From assembly GCA_949290395.1 (NCBI GenBank), contig CASERQ010000004.1, forward strand, positions 85,598-149,597: DNA of 64,000 nt, in the 5' to 3' direction. Made by a program: the position numbers and the translations under genes. Each line of letters opens with the position of its first letter. Within the stretch, counting starts at the first letter, position 1. A model generated the notes under the pieces. The model saw only the letters and a list, made by a program, of their open reading frames with translations. It ran no database searches and was not told where the DNA came from. Origin of the DNA: an uncultured bacterium (GTDB lineage Bacteria > Bacillota_I > Bacilli_A > RFN20 > CAG-826). Positions 1-9,429 of the stretch are shown piece by piece.

Positions 1-109
1 AAGATAATAAAATTTTCTTAATTAATAATGAAAAATACACATACATATTTAATTTCATCAAAGCAAAAAATAAAACAAATGAATTAAAAATGGTCCAGGA
101 GATTTAACT

Positions 110-2386
110 ATGTTTAAAAGCGCAATAGGAATACGGGGAAAAGATAAAGATAGACTTAATGAAACCTTATTTTTTACTTTGCGTTTTAAAAAGAAAGATA
201 ACTTGAAACTTAAAATTACCTCTTCTAATTTTTATCGCATTTTTCTTAATGGTAAGTTTTTATATTATGGACCTGCAAGAAGTGCTCATAACGTTTTTGA
301 AGTAGATGAATATATTTTAAAAGATTTAAACGAATTAAATTTCTTAGTTATTGAAGTTAATTCAACTAGAGCAGAAACTTTTTATACTTTAAATCAAGCC
401 CCATTTTTAAAAGCTGAAATCTTAGAAGACGAAGAAGTTTTGTATTATACTGGACGTGATTTTAAGTGCTATGAAGATAAGTTTAGAGTTAGAGAAGTAG
501 ATCGTTTTTCTTACCAAAGAGGATTCACGGAAGTTTACTATTTAGATGAAACTTATAGAAAATTCTTAAATGGAGAAACAAAATCATTAAATAGATGCGA
601 AATTGTCGAAGTCAATTATGGAGAATTCATAAAAAGAATTCCTGATTATTTAACTTTTGATATTTGTAGATATCATCTCGTAGAAAATGGACATGTTTTA
701 GTTAATGCCTCAAAGTCTATCCATGATGATCGATATTTTCATATGGATATCTTAAAAATATTCTATAAGGAAGAGATTAGAGAAAACGTTAATGAAGTCC
801 TTTCTTGTTTGGAGTACATAAAAAAAGACAATACTAAAACTTTAGATTTAAAAGAAAAAGAATTTGCTACTTTTAAATATAAAGATTCAATAACTGGATT
901 TATTAACTTAAAAGTTGAAGCAAAAGAAGATTCATTAGTTTATGTAATTTTTGATGAAATTGATATGAATGAATATAAAGGCGATAAAGATAAAGTAATT
1001 GATATTTCCCCTTTTAGAAACACAACTCAAAACGTTATTACATATCATCTTAAAAAAGGAAAATATAATTTAATAAGTTTTGAATCATATACTGCTAAGT
1101 TTATTAGAGTTATATCTTTTGAAGGTTCTATTAAAGTAAGTGCAGTTAATATGATTTCATATAGAAACTCAAGCGTTAAGTTTGAATATAAGTTTAAGAA
1201 TAAAAAAGTTAATAAAGTTATAGAGTCTGCAATTAATACTTTTAAAGATAATGCAGTTGATGTTTTAACAGATTGTCCAAGCAGAGAAAGAGCAGGATGG
1301 CTTTGTGATTCTTATTTCACTTCAAAAGTTGAAAAGGTATTAACCGGAAAAAACTTAGTTGAGTATAACTTCCTTAAAAGTTATGCAGATTATAAACATA
1401 ACTGTAAGCTTGATGAAAATATGATCCCAATGTGTTATCCTGCAGAGCACGCTGAGAGAATGTATATTCCTAACTGGTCTTTGTTCTATATTTTAGAACT
1501 TGAAGATTATGTGAGGAGAACTAACGATTATTCTTTAATTGAAGAATCAAAAGAGAACATAAGAGGTTTACTTAAATACTTTAAAATTTTTGAAAATGAA
1601 TACGGCTTATTAGAAAACTTAATTAACTGGGTTTTTGTAGAATGGTCTAAAGCAGGAGATTCCGAATTTATTAAAGGAGTTAATTTTCCAACCAATATGC
1701 TCTATTCAAAAGCACTTAAAGTTGCTGGAAAAATTTTGGGTGATAACTCTCTTATTGACAAAGGAAGCAAATTACAAAAGACCATAGAAAAAATGGCTTT
1801 TTGCAAGGGATTTTTTGTAGATAACGCTATTAGAGATGAAAATAATAATCTTGTTTTAACTAATAATATTAGCGAAACTTGTCAGTACTATGCTTTCTAT
1901 TTCTTGGATAATTTGGAAGAAAAATACCCTTGGTTATTTAGTAGAATGGTGAAACGATTTGGACCAAGCAGAGACGATAAAAAAGTTTATCCAAACATTT
2001 ATAGAAGTAATGTATTTATTGGAAACTACTTACGTTTAATGATTTTAAATAGAAATGGATTATATAGCGTAGCTTATAAAGAAATCATTAATTATTACTA
2101 TAAGATGGCTAGTTTTACTTCAACTCTTTGGGAACACGATTCACCTCATGCTAGCTTAAATCATGGCTTTGCAAGTTATGTCTTAAATGTAGTTATTGAA
2201 TCTAATTTTGGTCTTAAAGAGATCTCTATAAAGAACAAAGAAATAGTAATTGATAGAAATGCCTTACATAAAGAAGGCGGAGTTAAAATTCCAGTATTAA
2301 ATGACTATCTAATTTTAAAATGCAATAAAAATAATGATGAAATTGAGATTACCGCTCCAAAGGGATTTCAAATTAAATACATGTAA
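110..2386 (+). CDS. Six-hairpin glycoside hydrolase, alpha-L-rhamnosidase (GH78)-like family
   Basis: 758-aa ORF with the motif TDCPSRERAGWLCD, resembling the conserved DCPxRE(R)xGW(T/L)GD motif of bacterial alpha-L-rhamnosidase catalytic domains. First gene of a same-strand sugar-utilization cluster. Confidence 0.5.
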   Translation: MFKSAIGIRGKDKDRLNETLFFTLRFKKKDNLKLKITSSNFYRIFLNGKFLYYGPARSAHNVFEVDEYILKDLNELNFLVIEVNSTRAETFYTLNQAPFLKAEILEDEEVLYYTGRDFKCYEDKFRVREVDRFSYQRGFTEVYYLDETYRKFLNGETKSLNRCEIVEVNYGEFIKRIPDYLTFDICRYHLVENGHVLVNASKSIHDDRYFHMDILKIFYKEEIRENVNEVLSCLEYIKKDNTKTLDLKEKEFATFKYKDSITGFINLKVEAKEDSLVYVIFDEIDMNEYKGDKDKVIDISPFRNTTQNVITYHLKKGKYNLISFESYTAKFIRVISFEGSIKVSAVNMISYRNSSVKFEYKFKNKKVNKVIESAINTFKDNAVDVLTDCPSRERAGWLCDSYFTSKVEKVLTGKNLVEYNFLKSYADYKHNCKLDENMIPMCYPAEHAERMYIPNWSLFYILELEDYVRRTNDYSLIEESKENIRGLLKYFKIFENEYGLLENLINWVFVEWSKAGDSEFIKGVNFPTNMLYSKALKVAGKILGDNSLIDKGSKLQKTIEKMAFCKGFFVDNAIRDENNNLVLTNNISETCQYYAFYFLDNLEEKYPWLFSRMVKRFGPSRDDKKVYPNIYRSNVFIGNYLRLMILNRNGLYSVAYKEIINYYYKMASFTSTLWEHDSPHASLNHGFASYVLNVVIESNFGLKEISIKNKEIVIDRNALHKEGGVKIPVLNDYLILKCNKNNDEIEITAPKGFQIKYM

Positions 2387-2401
2387 GGAGAAATAATTAT
2401 T

Positions 2402-3793
2402 ATGAGATTTGCTTTATATTTTGGAAACAGAGGTTTCATGCCTCAAGAACTTATTGAATCTTCAAGAAGAGATTTAGTAAAAGTTTTAGAAGAAGATGGC
2501 TATGAATATTTAATCATGGATAAGGATGCAACACGTTATGGTGCAGTTGAAACACGTGATGAAGGTCTTATTTATAAAAAATGGTTAAAAGAACACGAAG
2601 GCGAATATGATGGCGTAATTTTGGCTATGCCAATATTTATTGATGAAATCGGAGCGATTACAGCTTTAGAAGAAGTTAAAACTCCAATTTTAATGCAAGC
2701 TTCTCCAGATAAAATAGGATCAATGGATTTTGCTCATAGACGTGATGCTTATTGTGGTAAGTTCTCAGTTTGTGACGTTTTCTATCAATACAAAAAACCA
2801 TTTACCTTATTAAAACCACATGTAGTTGATTTATTAAGTGATGAGTTTAGACAAAATTTAAAAGATTTTGCAGCCATTTGTAGAGTTGTAAATGGAATGA
2901 GACATTTTACTATTGGATGTATTGGTGCAAGAACAACTGCATTTAAAACAGTTAGATTTGATGAAATCACTCTTCAAAGATATGGAATTAACGTTGAGTC
3001 ATTCGATTTAAGTGAATTAATCTTTGAAGTTCAAAATATGAAAGATGATGATGCTAGAGTAGTCGCTAAAATGGAAAGATTAAGAAATTATACTAACTTC
3101 TCAAAAGTCCCAAGTAAAAACTTTGTTACTCTTTCTAAAGTTGGTGTAGTTTTAGATGAATATATTACGAAGTATCATTTAGATTGTATTACCTTAAGAT
3201 GTTGGAACGAAATGGAAACTATTTTAAGAGTTTGTCCATGCGTTCTTTTAAGTGAACTTAATGATAGAGGAATAGTTGCAAGTTGCGAAATAGATTTAAA
3301 TAGTGCTATTACAATGCGAGCAATGAATTTAGCAACAAATACACCAACAGCATGTCTTGATTGGAACAACAATTATGGTGAAGAAAAAGATAAAGTAATT
3401 TTATTCCACTGTGGTCCTGTTGCTCAAAGTTTAATGACTGAAAAAGGAACAGTAACAGAACACAAGATGTTTGCTAAAAACGATCCAGGAAGTGGCTGGG
3501 GAAGTAATGAAGGAAGAATCGCAAGTTTTCCAATGACTTTCTCTAATCTTAAAACAGAAGATGGCAAGATTTATGTTTATGCTTCCGAAGGCGAATTTAC
3601 AAAAGACAAGATTGAAAATACATTCTTTGGATGTGGTGGCGTAGCTCATATTTCTAATTTAGATGATAAAGTTTTAAAACTTGCAAAAAATGGCTTTAAA
3701 CATCACACAACAATTGGTAAAGATCACATCAAAGATATATTAAAAGAATCATTTACAACTTATTTAGGATACGAATTCTTTGATATAGATTAA
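2402..3793 (+). CDS. L-fucose isomerase-family sugar isomerase (short FucI-like form)
   Basis: 463-aa ORF 15 bp after the upstream gene. Length and N-terminal region resemble FucI/AraA-like isomerases. No signal peptide. Confidence 0.4.
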   Translation: MRFALYFGNRGFMPQELIESSRRDLVKVLEEDGYEYLIMDKDATRYGAVETRDEGLIYKKWLKEHEGEYDGVILAMPIFIDEIGAITALEEVKTPILMQASPDKIGSMDFAHRRDAYCGKFSVCDVFYQYKKPFTLLKPHVVDLLSDEFRQNLKDFAAICRVVNGMRHFTIGCIGARTTAFKTVRFDEITLQRYGINVESFDLSELIFEVQNMKDDDARVVAKMERLRNYTNFSKVPSKNFVTLSKVGVVLDEYITKYHLDCITLRCWNEMETILRVCPCVLLSELNDRGIVASCEIDLNSAITMRAMNLATNTPTACLDWNNNYGEEKDKVILFHCGPVAQSLMTEKGTVTEHKMFAKNDPGSGWGSNEGRIASFPMTFSNLKTEDGKIYVYASEGEFTKDKIENTFFGCGGVAHISNLDDKVLKLAKNGFKHHTTIGKDHIKDILKESFTTYLGYEFFDID

Positions 3794-3798
3794 CTTTT

Positions 3799-5193
3799 AT
3801 GACTTATGCAGGAATAGATATTGGTACATCAAAAGCAAAATTAGTCGTTTTTGAAAATGATACTTTTCTTAAAGAGTTTGAAGTTAAGCAAAAAGTAGTT
3901 CACGATGAAAATGGTGATTTAATTGATGCTTCTAAACTTATCGAAAATGTATTTTTCTTACTTAAAGAAGCATTTAATTATCGTAATGATATTGAAGGAA
4001 TAAGTATTACTTCATTTGGAGAAAGTTTTGTTTGTTTAGATGAAAATGATAAACCTCTTTTTGATATACCTTTATTTATTGATGAAAGTGGTAGAGATGA
4101 AATTGATTTCATTAAATCAAAGATTGATGAAGAAACACTTTATGAAATCACAGGCTGTCCTTGTAATCCAATGTATTCATTGCCAAAACTTCTAAGTTTA
4201 AGAAGAAAGAACAGAGAAACATTTAAGAAAGTTACGAAGATTCTTCTTATGGAAGATTATGTAATTTATAAGTTAACTGGAAAAAGATTTATTGATTATG
4301 GTCTTGCTTGTAGAAGTATGATGTTTGATATTCATTCTTTAAAATGGAGTGATACTATATTAGATTTATTTGATATAGATAAGTCACTGCTTAGTGAAAC
4401 TGTAGAAACAGGACACATTGCTGGCGATATTCTTGAGTCAATCAAAAGAGAGTTAAATATAACACATGAAGTCAAAATAATTAATGGTTCTCATGATCAG
4501 ATTGCAGTTGCAATTGGAAGTAACTTATCTAAAGAAAATTTTGCTTTAGGTTTAGGAACTTGCGAATGTTTAGCTTTACCAATCAAAGAAGAAATGAAAA
4601 CTTCTTTATTAAAAACGAATCTTCCAATGGTTCCATTTAAAAAGAACATGTTTATTACTTATGGACTTATTAATAACGCTGGAAGCTTAATTCAATATTT
4701 TTCTAATTTACTAGGCATCAATCTAAAAGAATATGAGCTAAATATCCCTGATTCAGATAACTTTATAATTACTAACTTTCCTGGTGAAAATAGTCAAAAA
4801 CTAAAAATTTATGCTGATTTTGCAATGAAAAAGAATGAATATCTAGATTTAATATTCGAATCATTAAGTTATGAATTAAAGAGTATTATCAAATACTTCA
4901 AAGACTTAGGTATTAAGTTTAAATCAATATTAGTAAGTGGTGGAAGTAGTGTTAATCTTCCTTACCTTGATCTAATAAGTTCAGTTTGTAATGTGAATAT
5001 TATTAAACCATCAAAAGCTAATGTTGGTTTAATTGGTAACGCAATTATTGCAGGAACTGCTTTAGGTTATTTTAAATCCTATGAAGATGGTTTTAATAAA
5101 TTACAAAAAGAAACTAAGCATATTAAACCACATGATTTCGAATTAACTAGATATCAAAAATATATAAATCTGAAGAGGAATTTTGAGTTATGA
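3799..5193 (+). CDS. FGGY-family carbohydrate kinase (xylulokinase/rhamnulokinase-like)
   Basis: N-terminal AGIDIGTSKAK actin-fold phosphate-1 motif and 464 aa length. The stop TGA overlaps the ATG of the next gene (ATGA). Confidence 0.6.
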   Translation: MTYAGIDIGTSKAKLVVFENDTFLKEFEVKQKVVHDENGDLIDASKLIENVFFLLKEAFNYRNDIEGISITSFGESFVCLDENDKPLFDIPLFIDESGRDEIDFIKSKIDEETLYEITGCPCNPMYSLPKLLSLRRKNRETFKKVTKILLMEDYVIYKLTGKRFIDYGLACRSMMFDIHSLKWSDTILDLFDIDKSLLSETVETGHIAGDILESIKRELNITHEVKIINGSHDQIAVAIGSNLSKENFALGLGTCECLALPIKEEMKTSLLKTNLPMVPFKKNMFITYGLINNAGSLIQYFSNLLGINLKEYELNIPDSDNFIITNFPGENSQKLKIYADFAMKKNEYLDLIFESLSYELKSIIKYFKDLGIKFKSILVSGGSSVNLPYLDLISSVCNVNIIKPSKANVGLIGNAIIAGTALGYFKSYEDGFNKLQKETKHIKPHDFELTRYQKYINLKRNFEL

Positions 5194-6152
5194 GTTATAA
5201 AGACTATTTGTCAAATGAAAATCAACTATTTGGAGTTAGAGAAATTAGATTAGATAGAGATTTAACTCAAAAACTTCTATATGTTTATAACGCTAGTGGA
5301 TTAAGCTTATTAATTAATGAAAGTAGAAATAATGATATCAGTGAATTAAAAGTAAGAGGAAATAATATCTCTTATTTAAGTAATGTAGATTATACATTCT
5401 TAAATAAAGAAGTAGATTCTTCTAATTTCTTATCTTCATTTCTTGCTGGATTTTTAACAACAGCTGGCCTTGTAAATATAGGTAGTGATTCAGTTTATAA
5501 CGGAAAAGAATATCATCTTCATGGAAATATATCTAAGATGCCTACAAGAAATTCCAACTTTTATATGGATGAAGATTCTATTGTTATTAAAAGCGAAACG
5601 CATGAAGCAGCAGCTTTAAGTTATGATTTAGTCCTAAATAGAGAAATTAGAATTAAGAAGTTTTCTAATGAAATATTAATAACTGATAAAGTTAAAAACT
5701 TAGGAAATAAAAAAGAAATTCATAATATTTTGTACCATTTTAATTTTGGTTATCCTTTTATTAATGAAAACACAGTTCTTAAGATTAATTCTACTAGTAT
5801 TAGAGGAAGAACTGAACTTGCTGATAAAAAGGAAGAAATAGAAACTTGCTTAAAGTTATTAAAACCACAAGAAGATTATGAAGAAAGATGTTTCTATCAT
5901 CATTTTGATGATAAGCCAGACATAGAAGTTATTAATAATGACTTAAAATTAAATATGAAAATGAGTTTTGATAACTCTACACTTAAAAACTTCATAGAAT
6001 GGAAACTCATGGCTAAAAATAGTTACGTTCTAGGTTTAGAACCATGTAGTAATGAAATTGATGGAATAGCAAAATTAGCTAAAGAAAATAAACTTAAATA
6101 CCTTAAGCCTGGCGAAGAAGTTAAATACCAAGTTTCCATCAAGTTTAATTAA
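5190..6152 (+). CDS. Hypothetical protein, possibly an aldose-epimerase-like (DUF4432-type) sugar cluster component
   Basis: 320-aa ORF translationally coupled to the kinase. Function inferred only from context. Confidence 0.25.
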   Translation: MSYKDYLSNENQLFGVREIRLDRDLTQKLLYVYNASGLSLLINESRNNDISELKVRGNNISYLSNVDYTFLNKEVDSSNFLSSFLAGFLTTAGLVNIGSDSVYNGKEYHLHGNISKMPTRNSNFYMDEDSIVIKSETHEAAALSYDLVLNREIRIKKFSNEILITDKVKNLGNKKEIHNILYHFNFGYPFINENTVLKINSTSIRGRTELADKKEEIETCLKLLKPQEDYEERCFYHHFDDKPDIEVINNDLKLNMKMSFDNSTLKNFIEWKLMAKNSYVLGLEPCSNEIDGIAKLAKENKLKYLKPGEEVKYQVSIKFN

Positions 6153-6167
6153 GGAGAATATAAGAAT

Positions 6168-7031
6168 ATGTTAGTAACACTTAAAGAAATCTTAAAATAT
6201 GCTGAAGAAAATAAATGTGCAATTGGCTCATTTAATACACCTACATTAGAAAATATAATGGCGACTTTAGAAGCTGCTGAAGAACTTAATGTACCTGTTA
6301 TATTAATGCATGCAGAGATTCATGAAGAGTATGCTCCTCTTGATATTATTGGACCAATAATGGTTGAAATGGCAAAAAAATCCTCGCAAAAAGTCTGTGT
6401 TTTTTTAGATCATGGTACGTCCATTAACTATATTGAAAGAGCTTTAGAACTTGGTTTTAGTGGCGTAATGTACGATGGAAGCGCATTGTCTTATGAAGAG
6501 AATTTAAAAAATACAATTGTATGTGGTGAACTTGCTAAAAAGTATGGCGCTTCTTTAGAAGCTGAGATTGGAGTAATTGGCGGAAGAGAAGCAGGAGACA
6601 AACGAGAAGACGCAACAAAGATGTATACAAATCCAGAAGACGCTTTAAGATTTGTTAATGAAGCAAAATGCATAGATGCTCTTGCTTGTTCTTTTGGAAC
6701 TGCTCATGGAATATATAAATCACAACCTAAATTAGACTTTGAAAGAATTGTCAAGATTGCCGAACTTACTAAACTTCCTTTAGTAATGCATGGCGGAAGT
6801 GGTGTTAGCAAAGAGAACTATTTAACGACAATAGATTGTGGAATCAGAAAAATTAATTACTATTCATACGCTGGGAAAGCAGGAGTTGACGCTACAAGAG
6901 AATTTTTAAATACAAATCCAACTTTCTATCATGAAATTGCTTATAACGCCAAAAATGCGATGAAAGAGAATATTAAAGAAGCGATGAAGGTGTTTAATAA
7001 AATATCAAATCAGCCTTTTAATAATATTTAA
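6168..7031 (+). CDS. Class II ketose/fructose-bisphosphate aldolase family (FbaA/GatY/KbaY-like)
   Basis: 287 aa with FLDHG, MYDGS, EAEIGVIGG and MHGGSG motifs typical of class II zinc aldolases. RBS AAGGAGA upstream. Confidence 0.7.
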   Translation: MLVTLKEILKYAEENKCAIGSFNTPTLENIMATLEAAEELNVPVILMHAEIHEEYAPLDIIGPIMVEMAKKSSQKVCVFLDHGTSINYIERALELGFSGVMYDGSALSYEENLKNTIVCGELAKKYGASLEAEIGVIGGREAGDKREDATKMYTNPEDALRFVNEAKCIDALACSFGTAHGIYKSQPKLDFERIVKIAELTKLPLVMHGGSGVSKENYLTTIDCGIRKINYYSYAGKAGVDATREFLNTNPTFYHEIAYNAKNAMKENIKEAMKVFNKISNQPFNNI

Positions 7032-7181
7032 ATAATTCTGTCTTAAGCCTAGTGATTTTGTGAATAATTAAAAAGATTCCTTTTGGTACAAAAGCCTCTA
7101 TAAGAATCCTTTTTATGTTGTTACCTACAATTTTGAAACGCTGACAGCCAATTATGATAATTTTATGTTAAAAATCTGTTG

Positions 7182-7190
7182 TGGTATAAT
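7182..7190 (+). promoter_or_regulatory. Extended -10 element (TGGTATAAT) placing the TSS at or next to ATG 7197 (possible leaderless mRNA)
   Basis: TGnTATAAT at 7182-7190. No Shine-Dalgarno sequence between it and ATG 7197. Confidence 0.3.
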
Positions 7191-7196
7191 TTTCAT

Positions 7197-9071
7197 ATGA
7201 TTTTATATCAAGAAAACTTAGATAAATTTTATTCTGATTGCTTTAATCCTAAAAATGGTAAACACATCTCAGACCTTATCTTGTTTGAGATGTTAAAAAG
7301 AAATTTACCATCTGTAAGTCATAGTGAAAAGGCTTCTTGGGAAGCATCTCTGCCTCCTATTGCTGAATTATTAAAAACAAATGATATTGATGGCGATATA
7401 GATGTTGCTATTGAATATAAAATAATTGATACAAAACAAAGAATTGATTTTTTAATTTATGGTTTAGATGAAAAGAATCAAAAGAATCTCGTTCTTGTAG
7501 AATTAAAACAATGGAGTGATTGTAAACGTTCATCATTACAAAATTATATTAGGACAAATGGTGGAAATGGCGTAGATGATTATTGGCATCCATCTTACCA
7601 GGCTTTTAATTATGGAAATATTATTTCTTCATTTAACGAATATGTTTATAAAAATAATGTACATATTAAAACTTGTTCTTACTTAGGGAACATGAAAAAA
7701 GGGTTCTCAACAATTATTAAAGATATAAACGAATATCCTTTGATTACTGAATCGCCATGTTATTTGGAAGATGATGAAAAGAAGCTTGTTGAGTTCATAA
7801 AGAAGTATGTTAAAAAGCCTTGCAAAGAAATCTTATATGAAATAGAAGGATCTCGAGTTAGACCTAGCGAGAATTTTGCAAACATGCTTTATAATGCGAT
7901 TACGGGAGAACCTTTCTTTTCTTATGATGAAAACCAAGCATATTCGGTTTCTAAAATTATTAATGAAGTTGAAGATGCTCTTAATTCTGGGCGAAAAAAG
8001 ACAATCATTATTAAAGGCGGACCTGGAAGCGGGAAATCTGTTGTCGCCATGAATATATTGGGACAATTGGTAAAGAGAAAAATCAATGCATGTTATGTAA
8101 CTAGTAATTTTACGCCAAAAACTTTTCTTAAAGATATTTTAATTGCAAAAGATTTTAAAAAGAGTGCCATAGCAGAACTATTTAAGGGACCAAAAGTTTT
8201 TGCATCTAGTGGCGTTAATGATTTTGATTGTGTAATAGTTGATGAAGCGCATCGAATGTATAAGCGGAAATTTGGCTTAGGCGTTAAAAAAGATGTTGAT
8301 TTAGTGGACTCTTTATTTCGTGCCTCACGTGTTTTAGTTTTCTTAATTGATGAAGATCAAATAGTAACTAGGAACGATTTTGTTACTATTGAAAAGATTG
8401 AGGAGTACTCAAAAGCATATAAAACAGAATTAATTGAAAATGAAAAACTTGAACTTACTACGCAGTTTAGATGTATCGGTGGCGAGCAATATATTGAATT
8501 TGTAAATAAAATACCCGGTTATAAAAATTCTTTCTATTCTTTGAGGGGCGTTAAATATAAGTTAAAAATAGTTGATACAATTGATGAGCTAATTAAAATT
8601 AGAGATAAATATAATCAAAATAATCATCAAATGCGTCTAATGGCTGGATATACTAAGGAATGGAAAAGCAAAGATGATATTAATAAATACGATTTTATCT
8701 ACCCAAATGGTATTAAGTTAAAATGGAACATTAAAAAAACTAATATGGCAGCTATTAACGATTCAAATCAAATTAATAATGTTTTTTGCATTCATACTCT
8801 TCAAGGATTAGAAGTAGAATACGCTGGAGTTATAATAGGGGAAGATTTGACCTATAACGAAGAGAAAAAATGTATTGAGTTTCATAAAGAAAAAATCGCT
8901 AAATCAGATACTATAAGCGGAATTCGAACTGCTCCCTACGATGAAGCTAGAAGAATGATTCAAAACACCTATAAGGTTCTTTTAACGCGCGGAATTAAAG
9001 GAACATACATTTACGCTGAAGACCAATCCCTAAGAAAATATCTTAAGGATTTAGTTGAAATTTGCTCTTAA
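7197..9071 (+). CDS. Nuclease-helicase: N-terminal RecB-family PD-(D/E)xK nuclease fused to a DUF2075/SF1-helicase-like P-loop ATPase (Nhi-like)
   Basis: N-terminus has E(IEYKI)...D(RIDFLIYG)...ELKQW...QAFNY, matching the E/D/ExK/QxxxY motifs of RecB/Cas4-type nucleases. Then Walker A GGPGSGKS, DEAH box CVIVDEAHR, TQFRC, IHTLQGLEVEYAGVIIG and YKVLLTRGIKGTYIY, the DUF2075/SF1 C-terminal motifs. The track start at 7179 is TTG; ATG 7197 is preferred. Confidence 0.6.
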   Translation: MILYQENLDKFYSDCFNPKNGKHISDLILFEMLKRNLPSVSHSEKASWEASLPPIAELLKTNDIDGDIDVAIEYKIIDTKQRIDFLIYGLDEKNQKNLVLVELKQWSDCKRSSLQNYIRTNGGNGVDDYWHPSYQAFNYGNIISSFNEYVYKNNVHIKTCSYLGNMKKGFSTIIKDINEYPLITESPCYLEDDEKKLVEFIKKYVKKPCKEILYEIEGSRVRPSENFANMLYNAITGEPFFSYDENQAYSVSKIINEVEDALNSGRKKTIIIKGGPGSGKSVVAMNILGQLVKRKINACYVTSNFTPKTFLKDILIAKDFKKSAIAELFKGPKVFASSGVNDFDCVIVDEAHRMYKRKFGLGVKKDVDLVDSLFRASRVLVFLIDEDQIVTRNDFVTIEKIEEYSKAYKTELIENEKLELTTQFRCIGGEQYIEFVNKIPGYKNSFYSLRGVKYKLKIVDTIDELIKIRDKYNQNNHQMRLMAGYTKEWKSKDDINKYDFIYPNGIKLKWNIKKTNMAAINDSNQINNVFCIHTLQGLEVEYAGVIIGEDLTYNEEKKCIEFHKEKIAKSDTISGIRTAPYDEARRMIQNTYKVLLTRGIKGTYIYAEDQSLRKYLKDLVEICS

Positions 9072-9114
9072 TTTTTTAAAAACCATGCAAAGCTTACTTA
9101 TTTAAGGAGAATTT

Positions 9115-9429
9115 ATGATTAAACAAGAAACTGAAGAAAGAATAAAAGAATTTAATAAAGTGCGTAATTGGGATGGATATCATAATGGCAAAGACCTTGC
9201 GATTTCTCTTTCTTTAGAAGCGTCAGAGCTTCTTGAGGTTTATCAATGGAGTAAGGATGATTTAGATTGTTCAAAGAAAATAGACAAGATAAAAGAAGAG
9301 TTGGCTGATGTCTTAATATATGCAATTCAGATTGCTCAAAAATACAATTTAGATATAGACGAAATTATTAATACAAAAATCGATAGAAATGCCATCAAAT
9401 ACCCAGAGAACAAGGAGAACAAATTTTAA
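9115..9429 (+). CDS. MazG-like nucleoside triphosphate pyrophosphohydrolase (small all-alpha NTP-PPase)
   Basis: 104 aa with EASELLE and EELADVLIY EExxE/D-type metal-binding helices typical of MazG/YpjD-type pyrophosphatases. RBS AAGGAGA 6 nt upstream. The stop overlaps the next ATG (TAATG). Confidence 0.6.
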   Translation: MIKQETEERIKEFNKVRNWDGYHNGKDLAISLSLEASELLEVYQWSKDDLDCSKKIDKIKEELADVLIYAIQIAQKYNLDIDEIINTKIDRNAIKYPENKENKF

